Counted from the stretch's first letter, positions 20,283-30,718 are shown. The stretch is DNA of 64,000 bases from Bacteroidales bacterium (GCA_027859205.1 JAQIBH010000090.1:87-64086); one strand, 5' to 3'. The notes: a model not told the origin generated them from the sequence alone. A program made the numbers and translations.

Positions 20283-20326
20283 ACACCTTCATAAATAATT
20301 GCTATGAAACTATAATAATTGAAGAT

Positions 20327-21601
20327 TTATTTTGTTACGTGCATATTTAGTGCTCCAGAAACAGCTTCCTCAAGTGTTTTATCAGGAATTCCATCAGTTG
20401 CACTCCTATTATGACAACCAAGACATGAATATGCTGGACTTAATGAAGCTGGTCTTGTTGCGTCATCTCGAACTGCAGAACCATCTTCAGTAAACATTGA
20501 GTTAGCATCTACTGTAATTTTCATTAAATGAGAATGTACATCACCTTCAAAGGTACTCTCACCTCTTTTAGCACCTGATTTTGCAGCATATGGCATATGA
20601 CAATCTATACAAGTAGCACTTGCACCATGATTAGTTGTTGCTTCTTGAGTAGAATGACAAGTTGCACAATCTTTTGTAATACCATCACCGTCCCATATAA
20701 CTCGTTTGTGAGGATCATGACAAGTTATACAATCCATTCCGTTTGCGCCATGAGCAGTTTTTGTAAATTCATCCCATTGTTCATGATGCTTAATAAATCC
20801 ACCACTAGCATCTATTTTATTTGCATAACCTCTATTATGACATGTTCCACAAAGGAATGTTACGTCGTCACCTAATTCATTTGGAGTTTGAACAATACCA
20901 TCAACTTCTAATCCGCCAATTGAATTATCAAGATGAGCAAATTCGTATACTCTATCAATATTATCTGATGAAGGATCTGCAATATGGTCGCTACCAGGTC
21001 CATGACAAGCTTCACAACCTACACCACCTTCAGTGAAATCACCTAGTCCATCAACTCCTTCAAGCCAAGTGCCATCTTGAGTTCCACCGGTAGTATGACA
21101 TTTAAAACAGCTATAGTTGTATGTTTTTTTATCAGCTGGATGGTAATTTCCCCAACCGTGATTTTCGCCTCCATAAAAATTTATCTGGTTAACACCGAAC
21201 CCTGGGTTAAATTCACTTTCAGCAGTACCAATTATATCGCCATCCGTACCAACGAATCTAGTTTTCCAACCATATCCACCAACAACTCCTGCAATATTAT
21301 CCCATGTTACGCTACCATCAGTTAAATTGTTTAACCAAGTACTTTGAAAGTTATCAACTTCTACTGGGTAAACTGGTCCCAAACTACCATCAGTAATTGT
21401 AAATTTGTATGGATGTCCAGATGCCGACCAGTCAGAGTATTTTTCCGAGTGACATGATTGACACGATTCTGAGCCAACAAATTCCTTCTCTGTTGGATTT
21501 GGTGTTGGATTTGGATCGTCATCTTTTGAACAACTTGTAAATCCAATCGACAGAGCTAAAAATGCTATTGCCATAAATCTAATAATTCTTCTTTTTTCCA
21601 T
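20327..21601 (-). CDS. Octaheme c-type cytochrome lipoprotein
   Basis: Eight CxxCH motifs (CQSCH, CFKCH, CEACH, CGTCH, CITCH, CATCH, CIDCH, CLGCH); lipobox FTS/C followed by SKDDD and a PNPT linker. Confidence 0.92.
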   Translation of the reverse strand: MEKRRIIRFMAIAFLALSIGFTSCSKDDDPNPTPNPTEKEFVGSESCQSCHSEKYSDWSASGHPYKFTITDGSLGPVYPVEVDNFQSTWLNNLTDGSVTWDNIAGVVGGYGWKTRFVGTDGDIIGTAESEFNPGFGVNQINFYGGENHGWGNYHPADKKTYNYSCFKCHTTGGTQDGTWLEGVDGLGDFTEGGVGCEACHGPGSDHIADPSSDNIDRVYEFAHLDNSIGGLEVDGIVQTPNELGDDVTFLCGTCHNRGYANKIDASGGFIKHHEQWDEFTKTAHGANGMDCITCHDPHKRVIWDGDGITKDCATCHSTQEATTNHGASATCIDCHMPYAAKSGAKRGESTFEGDVHSHLMKITVDANSMFTEDGSAVRDDATRPASLSPAYSCLGCHNRSATDGIPDKTLEEAVSGALNMHVTK

Positions 21602-21671
21602 GTTTTAAATATTTAAGGATTTTAATATCTTTTAATATGGTAAAAATAGAATGCTGTTAGTTTTTTTACAA

Positions 21672-21710
21672 TAGCATAAATCACGTAATTTATGTACCAT
21701 GAAATACGTA
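21672..21710. promoter_or_regulatory. Two tandem NarL/LuxR-type (TAC-N10-GTA) operator-like sites upstream of the cytochrome
   Basis: TAGCATAAATCACGTA (21672-21687) and TACCATGAAATACGTA (21695-21710), 23-bp period. Confidence 0.5.
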
Positions 21711-21728
21711 GATAATTCTGATCTAAAA

Positions 21729-22376
21729 TTATGATAAATTTATAATATTATTTCGAAGTGCATATTTAACAAGAGCTACGGCAGATTTAACGTTTAATTT
21801 TTGCATAATATTTCTTCTATGCGTTTCTACTGTCCTGATACTAATATTTAAGTTATTGGCAATTTTTTGATTGCTTAAATCTTCAACGATCATTTTAATT
21901 ATTTCTATCTCTCTTTTGGTTAAAATTGCTTGTTCATTTTGTTCGGTAACGTTATTTTCAACAAGAGAAATTAATGTTGTAGAAGCATGTTTTCCTATAT
22001 ATTTCTCTCCTTTGGTGACAGTTTGTATTGCCTCAAACAGTTCAGCCTTTTTTGAATTTTTCAACAAATATCCATCAGCTCCAACCTTTAATAGCTGAAT
22101 TACATATTCTTTATTTTCATGCTGAGTTAGTATGATTATTTTAACTGATTTATTGTTTTCTTTTATTTGTTTTGTAGCCTCAATTCCTGATTTATTGGGC
22201 ATTGATATATCCATAATTATTACATCTGGTTTGAGATTGTTCGCCAGCTCAATTGCTTCTATTCCATCTTTTGCTTGACCAATAATCTCAATTTCACTAT
22301 TATTAATTAACATAGCTTTAATACCATCAATTATAATAGAATGATCATCTGCTAATAATATTTTTATTTTTTTCAT
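21729..22376 (-). CDS. NarL/LuxR-family response regulator
   Basis: REC domain (ADDH, MDISMP, K) plus LTKRE...TVETHRRNIMQKL HTH. Confidence 0.95.
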   Translation of the reverse strand: MKKIKILLADDHSIIIDGIKAMLINNSEIEIIGQAKDGIEAIELANNLKPDVIIMDISMPNKSGIEATKQIKENNKSVKIIILTQHENKEYVIQLLKVGADGYLLKNSKKAELFEAIQTVTKGEKYIGKHASTTLISLVENNVTEQNEQAILTKREIEIIKMIVEDLSNQKIANNLNISIRTVETHRRNIMQKLNVKSAVALVKYALRNNIINLS

Positions 22377-24169
22377 TAGTTTTCTTTTAATGGTATGTCA
22401 ATTATAATTTCTGTGCCTTGATTTTTAGCAGAGTTAAAATTAATAAATCCACTAAAAGCAGAAACCCGTTCTTCCATACTTATTAAACCAATTCCTTTAT
22501 GTTCGGTTCTTAAGCTTTCGGCTTTTACATCAAATCCAACACCATTGTCTTCAATTACAACACTTACAGTATCGGTATGATTAATAATATGAATATTTGA
22601 TTGAGATGCTTTTGAATGCTTAATTATATTATTTAGTGCTTCTTGTATTATTCTATATAATGCTTTTTCTAGTCTTGTATCAAATCTTTTTGTAAAATTG
22701 AATGCTTCAAAATTTATTTTAACACTATGTTTTGATTGAATTTCACTTATTAAATTCTCTACAGCTGTTACTAAACCAAAATCTTTAAGTAAAATAGGAA
22801 TTAAATCATAAGCAATTATTTTTGATTCCTTTATGGTATTGTCGATTAAAGTTTGGAGTCGAACAACATGTTTTGTATACTCTTTTTCCACTTTTGGTTT
22901 CTTAGTAAAGTTGTTTTCAATAGAATAAGATATAGCTGTTAACATTTGACCTAAACCATCATGAATTTCGGATGCAATTCTTAAGCGCTCTTTCTCTTGT
23001 GCTTCGTTTATTTCTATTAAATGCTCCTTACGAATTTTACTCAGTTTTTCTTCAGCCTTCTTACTTTCTCTTAAATCATGAGCAATAAAAATTACTCCAG
23101 AAAAATTATCGTCTCTATCTTTAAGAATCGAGCAAGAAAATAATACGGGAATTATTTCACCTGATTTAGAAATGTATTCTTTTTCTTTATTGTGTTGTGC
23201 ACCATATTTTATTAATTCAGAGGCTTTTAGTTTAAAACCAGATTCTTTATCTTTAATAATTACAGAAATGTTTTTATTAATTAATTCACTTTTACTGTAA
23301 GATAACAAATCACACGTTGCATTATTAATTGTTAAAATTTCTCCATCAGTGTTTGTAACTAGTAAAGATTCAAACATACCGGTTATTATACTATCAAAAT
23401 AATCTCTCGAGACTGTTAAGTTCTCTATTTCTTCAATCATTCTATTAAATGAAATTCCAAGTTCTTCTATTTCATCACCAGTATTTACATTTGCACGTAT
23501 TGTAAAATTCCCATTAGCAATCATTTGTGTTGACTTAACAAGATTTCTAATCGGAATATTTATTCTTTGAACAAATTTTAAACCCCATTTATATCCGATA
23601 AAAAGTAATATTATGGAAAACCCAATTATTGCTATAATACTGTGTTTTGAGGATGTTTTATATACAACTGTGTGATTAATTATTTCTGCATTTGTTTCAA
23701 CTAAAATTGACTGTAAATCAACGTGTATTTCGTTAATGATTATATCAATCTCATTAATAAAGGAATTTGAGACTTTTTGGCTGAAATTATGTTCGGAGAA
23801 CTCTATTACTATTTTATTAAATAATTCTAAATTCTGTTTAATTTTTATCATTAATGATTTGTTATGCCTATGTGATAAATTAGATAAACAATTATCAATA
23901 TTTGAATATGCATTGTTTAAATAAGAATCATACTTTGCATAGTTATTTTCTTCTTTGTACCGTATATAATCGTATGCTGGGGCAATAATCTGATTTACAG
24001 AAATACGTAATTCTTGTACTGCCTCAAGTTCAATATATTCAACAACGATATTATTAGAAGTGTTTGTTAATACCAAAATACAGACTAAACCGGTAAGGGC
24101 AATCAAAACATTTCCGATTAACATTCCTGTTAAACCTTTAAATAATTTATTTGCTATATTGTTTTTCAT
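22376..24169 (-). CDS. Membrane sensor histidine kinase (HAMP-PAS-HisKA_3-HATPase)
   Basis: Two TM segments, HAMP (DEIEELGISFNRM), PAS, RIASEIHDGLGQ, QEALNNIIKHS, DNGVGF. Confidence 0.93.
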   Translation of the reverse strand: MKNNIANKLFKGLTGMLIGNVLIALTGLVCILVLTNTSNNIVVEYIELEAVQELRISVNQIIAPAYDYIRYKEENNYAKYDSYLNNAYSNIDNCLSNLSHRHNKSLMIKIKQNLELFNKIVIEFSEHNFSQKVSNSFINEIDIIINEIHVDLQSILVETNAEIINHTVVYKTSSKHSIIAIIGFSIILLFIGYKWGLKFVQRINIPIRNLVKSTQMIANGNFTIRANVNTGDEIEELGISFNRMIEEIENLTVSRDYFDSIITGMFESLLVTNTDGEILTINNATCDLLSYSKSELINKNISVIIKDKESGFKLKASELIKYGAQHNKEKEYISKSGEIIPVLFSCSILKDRDDNFSGVIFIAHDLRESKKAEEKLSKIRKEHLIEINEAQEKERLRIASEIHDGLGQMLTAISYSIENNFTKKPKVEKEYTKHVVRLQTLIDNTIKESKIIAYDLIPILLKDFGLVTAVENLISEIQSKHSVKINFEAFNFTKRFDTRLEKALYRIIQEALNNIIKHSKASQSNIHIINHTDTVSVVIEDNGVGFDVKAESLRTEHKGIGLISMEERVSAFSGFINFNSAKNQGTEIIIDIPLKEN

Positions 24170-24322
24170 TAATTATATCGTTAATTACTAACTTGTTGTT
24201 GTTGAGTTTTAGTTGAATTGCAGCGCAATATAAAAAAAATATTCAGATATTCGTATCTGTTATTATCTTTTTAAAAGCAGAATTTCGTATTCTTTTATCA
24301 AACACTTTTAATAATAAAATAT

Positions 24323-24330
24323 TAGCTTTG
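24323..24330 (+). promoter_or_regulatory. Bacteroidota -7 box (TAGCTTTG) for gcvT
   Basis: TAnnTTTG 35 nt before the ATG. Confidence 0.55.
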
Positions 24331-24365
24331 TAATTCAAATATTATTCATAATAAAATATTATATA

Positions 24366-25472
24366 ATGAAAAATACAGCATTTACACAATTTCATATTGA
24401 TTTAGGAGCTAAAATGCTTCCCTTTTGCGGATTTAATATGCCTATTGAATATTCAGGAATTAATGATGAACACATGACCGTTCGTGAAAAAATTGGTGTT
24501 TTTGATGTTTCCCACATGGGTGAGTTTTGGGTAAAAGGGCCAAAAGCTTTTGATTTAGTTCAGAAAGTAACATCAAACGATGTAGCCGAATTATATAATG
24601 GTAAAGTTCAGTATTCATGTTTTCCGAACGGTAAAGGTGGAATCGTTGACGATTTATTAGTTTACAAATTTGATGATGAAACTTATTTATTAGTTGTAAA
24701 CGCAGCAAATATTGATAAGGATTGGGCTTGGGTAGCTAAAAATGCAAAGGAAATGGGATTGGAAGTTGGTAAAGAAGTTTACAATGCTTCTGATGAAATT
24801 GCTCAGTTGGCTGTTCAAGGTCCTTTAGCTTTAAAAGCAATGCAAAAACTTACTTCAGCTAATGTTGTTGATATGGAATATTATACTTTTCAAAAATGCG
24901 ATTTTGCAGGCATTAAGGATGTTCTTTTCTCTACAACTGGTTATACAGGATCAGGAGGTTGCGAAATTTATGTTGATAATAAAGATGCAGAAAAATTGTG
25001 GAAAGCTGTTTTTGAAGCTGGTGAAGAATTTGGAATTAAACCAATTGGATTAGGTGCGCGTGATACACTTAGGTTAGAATCAGGTTTCTGTTTATACGGT
25101 AACGATATTAATGATGAAACTTCAGCAATTCAAGCTGGCTTAGGTTGGATAACAAAGTTTGTTGATGGGAACGATTTTATCGATCGTGAAAAGTGGGAAA
25201 AACAAAAAGAAGAAGGTGTTCCTCAAAGATTAAAAGGTTTTATAATGATAGACCGTGGAATTCCTCGTCAACATTACAAAGTGGTTGATGCAGAGGGAAA
25301 CGAAATAGGCGAAGTTACTTCAGGAACTATGTCTCCAATAATTAAGCAGGGAATTGGAATGGCATATTTAAATAAGGGTTTTTGGAAATTAGGAACGGAA
25401 ATTTTTATTGAAATTCGAAACAAAAAAATAAAAGCAAAAGTTGCTCGTGCACCTTTTCATGAAAATAAATAA
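24366..25472 (+). CDS. gcvT: Glycine cleavage system aminomethyltransferase T
   Basis: [28 protein letters not shown]. Confidence 0.97.
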   Translation: MKNTAFTQFHIDLGAKMLPFCGFNMPIEYSGINDEHMTVREKIGVFDVSHMGEFWVKGPKAFDLVQKVTSNDVAELYNGKVQYSCFPNGKGGIVDDLLVYKFDDETYLLVVNAANIDKDWAWVAKNAKEMGLEVGKEVYNASDEIAQLAVQGPLALKAMQKLTSANVVDMEYYTFQKCDFAGIKDVLFSTTGYTGSGGCEIYVDNKDAEKLWKAVFEAGEEFGIKPIGLGARDTLRLESGFCLYGNDINDETSAIQAGLGWITKFVDGNDFIDREKWEKQKEEGVPQRLKGFIMIDRGIPRQHYKVVDAEGNEIGEVTSGTMSPIIKQGIGMAYLNKGFWKLGTEIFIEIRNKKIKAKVARAPFHENK

Positions 25473-25488
25473 TTACAAAATTTTATAC

Positions 25489-25522
25489 TAAAAACCCTAC
25501 TATTTTATAGTGGGGTTTTTTA
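25489..25522 (+). terminator. Intrinsic terminator after gcvT
   Basis: AAAAACCCTACTA-TTTTA-TAGTGGGGTTTTT. Confidence 0.7.
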
Positions 25523-25551
25523 TTAACTTAGCTAGTTTAAAAACTATTGTT

Positions 25552-26268
25552 ATGTACAAAATAGAAGTTTGTTTATCTCCTGAGTTATTCGATAAATATA
25601 CTTTAGAAAATAAAATTGTTGTTATAGTTGATATTTTGAGAGCAACAAGCATTATAACCACAATGTTTCATAATGGACTTAAAAAGTTAATTCCTGTAAA
25701 TAGTTTAAAGGAAGCTAATAAATATAAAAACGATGGATATTTAGTAGCAGCTGAGCGAAATGGACGGAAAGTAGATTTTGCCGATTATGGAAATTCTCCT
25801 TTCGAGTTTACAACTGAAAATCTAGAAGGAAAAACATTGGTTTATAGCACTACAAACGGAACAAATACAATAAATATAGCTGCTAAATCTGAATCTGTTT
25901 TAATTGCATCGTTTTTGAATTTATCAAGTGTAGCTCATTATGTAGTAAATCAAAAAAAAGATGTATTAATTCTATGCTCTGGATGGGAAGGTAATTTTTG
26001 TATTGAGGACTCATTATTTGCAGGTGCGTTAACCGAAAAATTACTAACTAGTAAAAATTTCACTACGAATTGTGACTCAGTAATTTTGTCTTTAGATTTA
26101 TGGAATATTGCAAAAATTGATATCAATCAATATATAAAAAAAATATATCAATACAATCGTTTAATAAATCTTGGCATGGAAGAAATTGTTAATTATTGTT
26201 TTAGGATTGATATGACAGAGGTTTTACCTGTTATTGAAAAATATTACTTAGTTAACATAAATAAATAG
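25552..26268 (+). CDS. comB: 2-phosphosulfolactate phosphatase family protein
   Basis: VDILRATS, AERNG, GNSP, STTNGT, ED..FAG; start moved to ATG 25552 because the track's GTG lies in the gcvT terminator. Confidence 0.88.
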   Translation: MYKIEVCLSPELFDKYTLENKIVVIVDILRATSIITTMFHNGLKKLIPVNSLKEANKYKNDGYLVAAERNGRKVDFADYGNSPFEFTTENLEGKTLVYSTTNGTNTINIAAKSESVLIASFLNLSSVAHYVVNQKKDVLILCSGWEGNFCIEDSLFAGALTEKLLTSKNFTTNCDSVILSLDLWNIAKIDINQYIKKIYQYNRLINLGMEEIVNYCFRIDMTEVLPVIEKYYLVNINK

Positions 26269-26431
26269 TTTATTTCAGATTGTTTTCTTTTACATTATTC
26301 ATAAATTTATACTGCTAAATATATTTTAAAAAAAATATCAAAGATCATAGACATATAAATTGATTTATTTAAAATTTGTTCGCATATTGTATTTTTATTT
26401 TAATTAGTTAATAATTATAAAACAACCAGTT

Positions 26432-27505
26432 ATGAGAAAACATATTTTTAATGCAGGTCCGTGTAAGTTGTCAGATTCATTATTGAAGAATACATCTGAG
26501 GCAATCGTTGAACTTAATGGTTTAGGTCAATCATTAATTGAAATTTCGCACAGAAGTAAAGATTTTCAAGCTGTAATGGATGAGACAGTTGAATTAATGA
26601 AAGAAGTTTTGAGTATACCTGAAGGATATTCAGTTGTATTTTTAGGAGGTGGAGCAAGTCTTCAATTTGCTATGATTCCTTATAACTTTATGCAATCAAA
26701 ATCATTTTATGTAAATACAGGAACTTGGTCGTCAAAAGCGATTAAAGAAGCAAAAATGTGGGGCGAGGTTGTTGAAATATCTTCAAAGGATAAAAATTTC
26801 TCTTATTATCCAAAGGGATATGATATTCCTAATGATGTTGATTATGTTCATATTACAACAAACAATACAATTTCTGGAACAGAAATTTTTGAAGATCTAG
26901 ACGTTAAAGCACCTTTATTTGCAGATATGTCTTCTGATTTTTTAAGTCGTCCGGTTGATGTTTCTAAATACGATATGATTTATGGTGGAGCCCAAAAGAA
27001 TTTAGGCCCGGCAGGTGTTGCTTTTATAATTATTAAAGATGCTTTGTTAGAAAAAGTTGTAGCAGATCGTAAAATTCCAACAATGTTGCAATACGGAATT
27101 CATATCGAAAAAGGATCAATGTATAATACTCCTCCTGTATTTAATATTTTTGCTGTTCGTGAAACATTGAAATGGGTTAAAGCAATGGGCGGGGTAAAAG
27201 AAATGGAAAAATTAGCTATTAAAAGAGCCGAGTTGCTTTATAATGCAATCGATAGCAGTAATATGTTTGTTAGTCCAATTGCAAAAGAAGATCGTTCAAG
27301 AATGAACATTGTTTTTATTATGAAAGATAAATACAAAGATATTGAGGCTGAATTTATAGCTTTTGCTGGAGAAAGAAATTGTGTGGGAGTTAAGGGTCAC
27401 CGTTCAGTTGGTGGATTCCGTGCTTCTACATACAATGCATCTACAATTGAAGATGTTCAAGCATTGGTTACTGCGATGAAAGATTTCGAAGCAAAAAACG
27501 CATAA
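26432..27505 (+). CDS. serC: Phosphoserine aminotransferase
   Basis: FNAGP, EISHRS, DMSS, GAQKNLGPAG (PLP Lys), KGHRSVGGFRAS. Confidence 0.97.
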   Translation: MRKHIFNAGPCKLSDSLLKNTSEAIVELNGLGQSLIEISHRSKDFQAVMDETVELMKEVLSIPEGYSVVFLGGGASLQFAMIPYNFMQSKSFYVNTGTWSSKAIKEAKMWGEVVEISSKDKNFSYYPKGYDIPNDVDYVHITTNNTISGTEIFEDLDVKAPLFADMSSDFLSRPVDVSKYDMIYGGAQKNLGPAGVAFIIIKDALLEKVVADRKIPTMLQYGIHIEKGSMYNTPPVFNIFAVRETLKWVKAMGGVKEMEKLAIKRAELLYNAIDSSNMFVSPIAKEDRSRMNIVFIMKDKYKDIEAEFIAFAGERNCVGVKGHRSVGGFRASTYNASTIEDVQALVTAMKDFEAKNA

Positions 27506-27522
27506 ATTAATATGTAAAATAT

Positions 27523-27556
27523 AAGACTCAAAGCATTTACTTTGAGTCTTTTTATT
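27523..27556 (+). terminator. Hairpin/terminator between serC and serA
   Basis: AAGACTCAAAG-N6-CTTTGAGTCTT then T-tract. Confidence 0.7.
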
Positions 27557-27577
27557 AATCCTTAAAACCAAAGAATT

Positions 27578-28501
27578 ATGAGAAAAGTACTCGTTGCAAC
27601 TGAAAAGCCATTTGCTCCTGCAGCAGTTGCTAAAATTAAGGAAGTTTTAGATAAAGCTAATTATGAATTAGTCTTATTAGAAAAATACACAGATAAGTCT
27701 GAATTGTTAAAGGCAGTCGAAAATGTTGATGCCATGATCGTACGTTCAGATAAGGTTACAAAAGAAGTAATTGATGCATCAAATAATTTAAAAATTGTTA
27801 TAAGAGCCGGCGCTGGTTACGACAATCTCGATTTGGAAGCTTGTACTGCTAAAAACGTAGTAGCTATGAATACTCCAGGTCAAAATTCAAATGCTGTAGC
27901 AGAACTTGCCATTGGTATGATGATTATGATTGCTCGTGGAAACTACAATGGTAAAGCTGGTACTGAGTTACGAGGTAAAAAATTAGGTATACACGCTTAC
28001 GGTAATGTTGGACGATATGTAGCTCAAATTGCAAAAGGATTTGGAATGGAAGTCTATGCATTTGATCCATTCGTTGATGGCGATTTAATTAAAAAGGATG
28101 GTGTAACTCAACTTGATTCTGTTGAAGAATTATATTCAACTTGTCAGTATTTATCATTACATATTCCTGCAAACGATAAAACAAAAAACTCAATTGGATT
28201 TGATTTATTAAGCAAAATGCCAAAGAATGGAACTTTAGTTAATACAGCACGAAAGGAAGTTATTAACGAAGATGAATTACTGAAAGTTTTTACTGAAAGA
28301 GAAGATTTCAGATATGTATCTGATTTAGCACCCGATTGCATAGATGAAATTAAAATGAAATTTGATGGTAGATTTTTCTTTACTCCAAAGAAAATGGGAG
28401 CACAAACTGCTGAAGCCAACATTAATGCAGGTGCTGCTGGTGCACATCAAATTATTGATTTCATCGAAAGCGGAAATATAACTTTTAAAGTAAATAAATA
28501 A
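27578..28501 (+). CDS. serA: D-3-phosphoglycerate dehydrogenase (short type III, Lys in place of the catalytic His)
   Basis: RAGAGYDN, NSNAVAE, NTAR, TPKKMGAQT; no ACT domain. Confidence 0.88.
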   Translation: MRKVLVATEKPFAPAAVAKIKEVLDKANYELVLLEKYTDKSELLKAVENVDAMIVRSDKVTKEVIDASNNLKIVIRAGAGYDNLDLEACTAKNVVAMNTPGQNSNAVAELAIGMMIMIARGNYNGKAGTELRGKKLGIHAYGNVGRYVAQIAKGFGMEVYAFDPFVDGDLIKKDGVTQLDSVEELYSTCQYLSLHIPANDKTKNSIGFDLLSKMPKNGTLVNTARKEVINEDELLKVFTEREDFRYVSDLAPDCIDEIKMKFDGRFFFTPKKMGAQTAEANINAGAAGAHQIIDFIESGNITFKVNK

Positions 28502-28505
28502 ACCT

Positions 28506-28600
28506 AGTTCAAAGTTTAAAGTTTCAAGTTCCGAGTTTAAATGAAAACTGGGTACTTAATACTATAACTTTTAACTTTTAACAATAAACTTTTAACTAAT
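28506..28600. repeat. Inverted arrays of 7-bp tandem repeats (AGTTnnn x5, then AACTnnn/TACTnnn x8)
   Basis: AGTTCAA AGTTTAA AGTTTCA AGTTCCG AGTTTAA ... AACTTTT AACTTTT AACAATA AACTTTT AACTAAT. Confidence 0.8.
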
Positions 28601-28607
28601 AAAAAAT

Positions 28608-29855
28608 ATGGCAATAATAAAACCATTTAAAGGATTAAGACCTCCAAAGGCGATTTCAAAAGATTTAGCATGTCTACCTTATGATGTTATGAATAGCGAA
28701 GAAGCTGCTGTTATAGCTGAAGGAAAAGAATGTTCTTTATTGCATATTACAAAAGCAGAAATCGATTGTCCGGCAGGAACCGATGTTCATTCTGAAACAG
28801 TGTATAATAAAGCAGTTGAAAATTTTAAAATGTTTCAAGAAAAAGATTGGTTAGTACAGGATGATGAAGCAAAATTCTACATTTATGCGCAAACAATGGA
28901 CGGTCGTACTCAATACGGTATTGTAGGTGCAGCTGCTTGTGCCGATTATCATAATGAGATTATTAAAAAACACGAGTTAACTCGCCCTGAAAAAGAAGAA
29001 GACAGAATGGTACTAACTCGTTATACAAATGCGAATATCGAACCTGTTTTCTTTTCATATAGAGCAGTTCCTGAAATTGATACAATCGTTGAAATTATTG
29101 TAAAAAATAAGGAGGCTGATTATGATTTTGTTGCCGATGATGGTTTTGGACATCATTTTTGGGTTATCAACGATGCTAGTACTAATAAGAAACTAGAGGA
29201 ATTATTTGATACAAAAGTTCCTTATACATATGTGGCCGACGGTCATCATAGAACAGCAGCAGCTGCTCGAATTGGAATTGAAAAACAAGAAAACAATCCA
29301 AATCATACAGGAAACGAAGAGTATAATTTCTTTATGGCTGTTCATTTTCCAGATAATCAACTGGAAATAATTGATTACAATCGTGTTGTTAAAGATTTAA
29401 ATGGTTTATCTGCGGAGGAATTAATTGAAAAATTAAAAACTTCATTCGAAGTTGAAAAGATAGGTGTGGATATTTATAAACCGGTAAAACTTCATGAATT
29501 CAGTATGTATTTGGCTGGAGATTGGTATAAGCTAACTGCTAAAGCTGGAACTTATGACGATAATGATCCGATTGGAGTACTTGATGTAACAATTCTTTCA
29601 AAACAGGTTCTGGAACCTATACTTGATATTGTAGATTTAAGAACATCTGACAGAATTGATTTTGTTGGTGGAATTCGTGGATTAGGTGAATTAAAGAAGC
29701 GTGTTGATGGTGGCCTTATGAAAGCTGCATTTGCATTGTATCCAACATCTTTAAAGCAATTGCTTGATATTGCTGATTCTGGTAATATTATGCCGCCAAA
29801 AACTACTTGGTTTGAACCAAAACTAAGAAGCGGTTTGGTAATCCATAAAATATAA
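28608..29855 (+). CDS. DUF1015 family protein
   Basis: PYDV, IKKHELTR, YVADGHHR, MPPKTTWFEPKLRSGL. Confidence 0.92.
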   Translation: MAIIKPFKGLRPPKAISKDLACLPYDVMNSEEAAVIAEGKECSLLHITKAEIDCPAGTDVHSETVYNKAVENFKMFQEKDWLVQDDEAKFYIYAQTMDGRTQYGIVGAAACADYHNEIIKKHELTRPEKEEDRMVLTRYTNANIEPVFFSYRAVPEIDTIVEIIVKNKEADYDFVADDGFGHHFWVINDASTNKKLEELFDTKVPYTYVADGHHRTAAAARIGIEKQENNPNHTGNEEYNFFMAVHFPDNQLEIIDYNRVVKDLNGLSAEELIEKLKTSFEVEKIGVDIYKPVKLHEFSMYLAGDWYKLTAKAGTYDDNDPIGVLDVTILSKQVLEPILDIVDLRTSDRIDFVGGIRGLGELKKRVDGGLMKAAFALYPTSLKQLLDIADSGNIMPPKTTWFEPKLRSGLVIHKI

Positions 29856-30021
29856 TAATGAAATAAGAAATCTAATTTTAATGTAAGAATAGGGGGATTG
29901 TTAAAAGATTCTCCTATTTTTTTATAAACTTTTGTTAAACACGATTGTTATCTTTTTTAAGAAAGAACTTTTTTATTACATTTGAAATCACAATAAATCA
30001 CATAATTAAATTGCAGACTTA

Positions 30022-30696
30022 ATGGGCGTTTCTGAAAATATCAAACACTTTCTTTCCAAAGAGATACCCTCAAATGTAAAATTGATTGCGGTATCGAAAA
30101 CTAAGCCGATTGATGTAATTCTCAAAGCATATCAATCAGGATATAAAATTTTTGGGGAAAATAAAGTTCAGGAATTAGCTGATAAATATAATGATCTCCC
30201 GAAAGATATTGAATGGCATATGATTGGACATGTACAAAGCAATAAAGTTAAATATATAGCTCCTTTTGTGTCTTTAATTCATGGTGTTGACAGCGTTAAG
30301 TTATTGAAAGTAATAAATAAAGAAGGAGAAAAAAATAATCGAAAAATTAATTGTCTTCTACAGTTTCATATTGCTAAAGAGGAAACCAAGTTTGGTTTAA
30401 GTTTAGAAGAGGCAAATGAATTTTTGATATCAGAGGATTTTAAGAATCTAAATAATATAAATATATGTGGAGTAATGGGTATGGCTACATATACTGAAAA
30501 TGATGATACAATACGTTCTGAATTTAAAGAATTAGTTTATATCTTTAATGAATTGAAAATTGTGCATTTTTCGAATAATGATTTTAAGGAAATTTCGATG
30601 GGAATGTCGGGAGATTATAAAATTGCAATTGAGGAAGGAGCCACAATAGTTCGAATAGGAAGTTTATTATTTGGTGCAAGAAATTATATAAAATAG
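30022..30696 (+). CDS. yggS: PLP homeostasis protein (YggS family)
   Basis: AVSKTKP, FGENKVQE, HMIG, SMGMSGDY, RIGS. Confidence 0.96.
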   Translation: MGVSENIKHFLSKEIPSNVKLIAVSKTKPIDVILKAYQSGYKIFGENKVQELADKYNDLPKDIEWHMIGHVQSNKVKYIAPFVSLIHGVDSVKLLKVINKEGEKNNRKINCLLQFHIAKEETKFGLSLEEANEFLISEDFKNLNNINICGVMGMATYTENDDTIRSEFKELVYIFNELKIVHFSNNDFKEISMGMSGDYKIAIEEGATIVRIGSLLFGARNYIK

Positions 30697-30718
30697 TTAA
30701 TATAAATAAACATTTATT

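Noticed and set aside
23860-23895. Heme c site in the kinase sensor domain (CLSNLSHRH)
   Set aside because: Not a CxxCH motif; only one Cys
25510-25551. GTG-start N-terminal extension of comB
   Set aside because: It lies in the gcvT terminator stem; ATG 25552 gives a normal family start
27578-28501. Inactive SerA because the catalytic His is missing
   Set aside because: Lys-type short PGDHs are an established active subclass
28506-28600. CRISPR array
   Set aside because: Units are 7 bp with no spacers, and no cas genes are present
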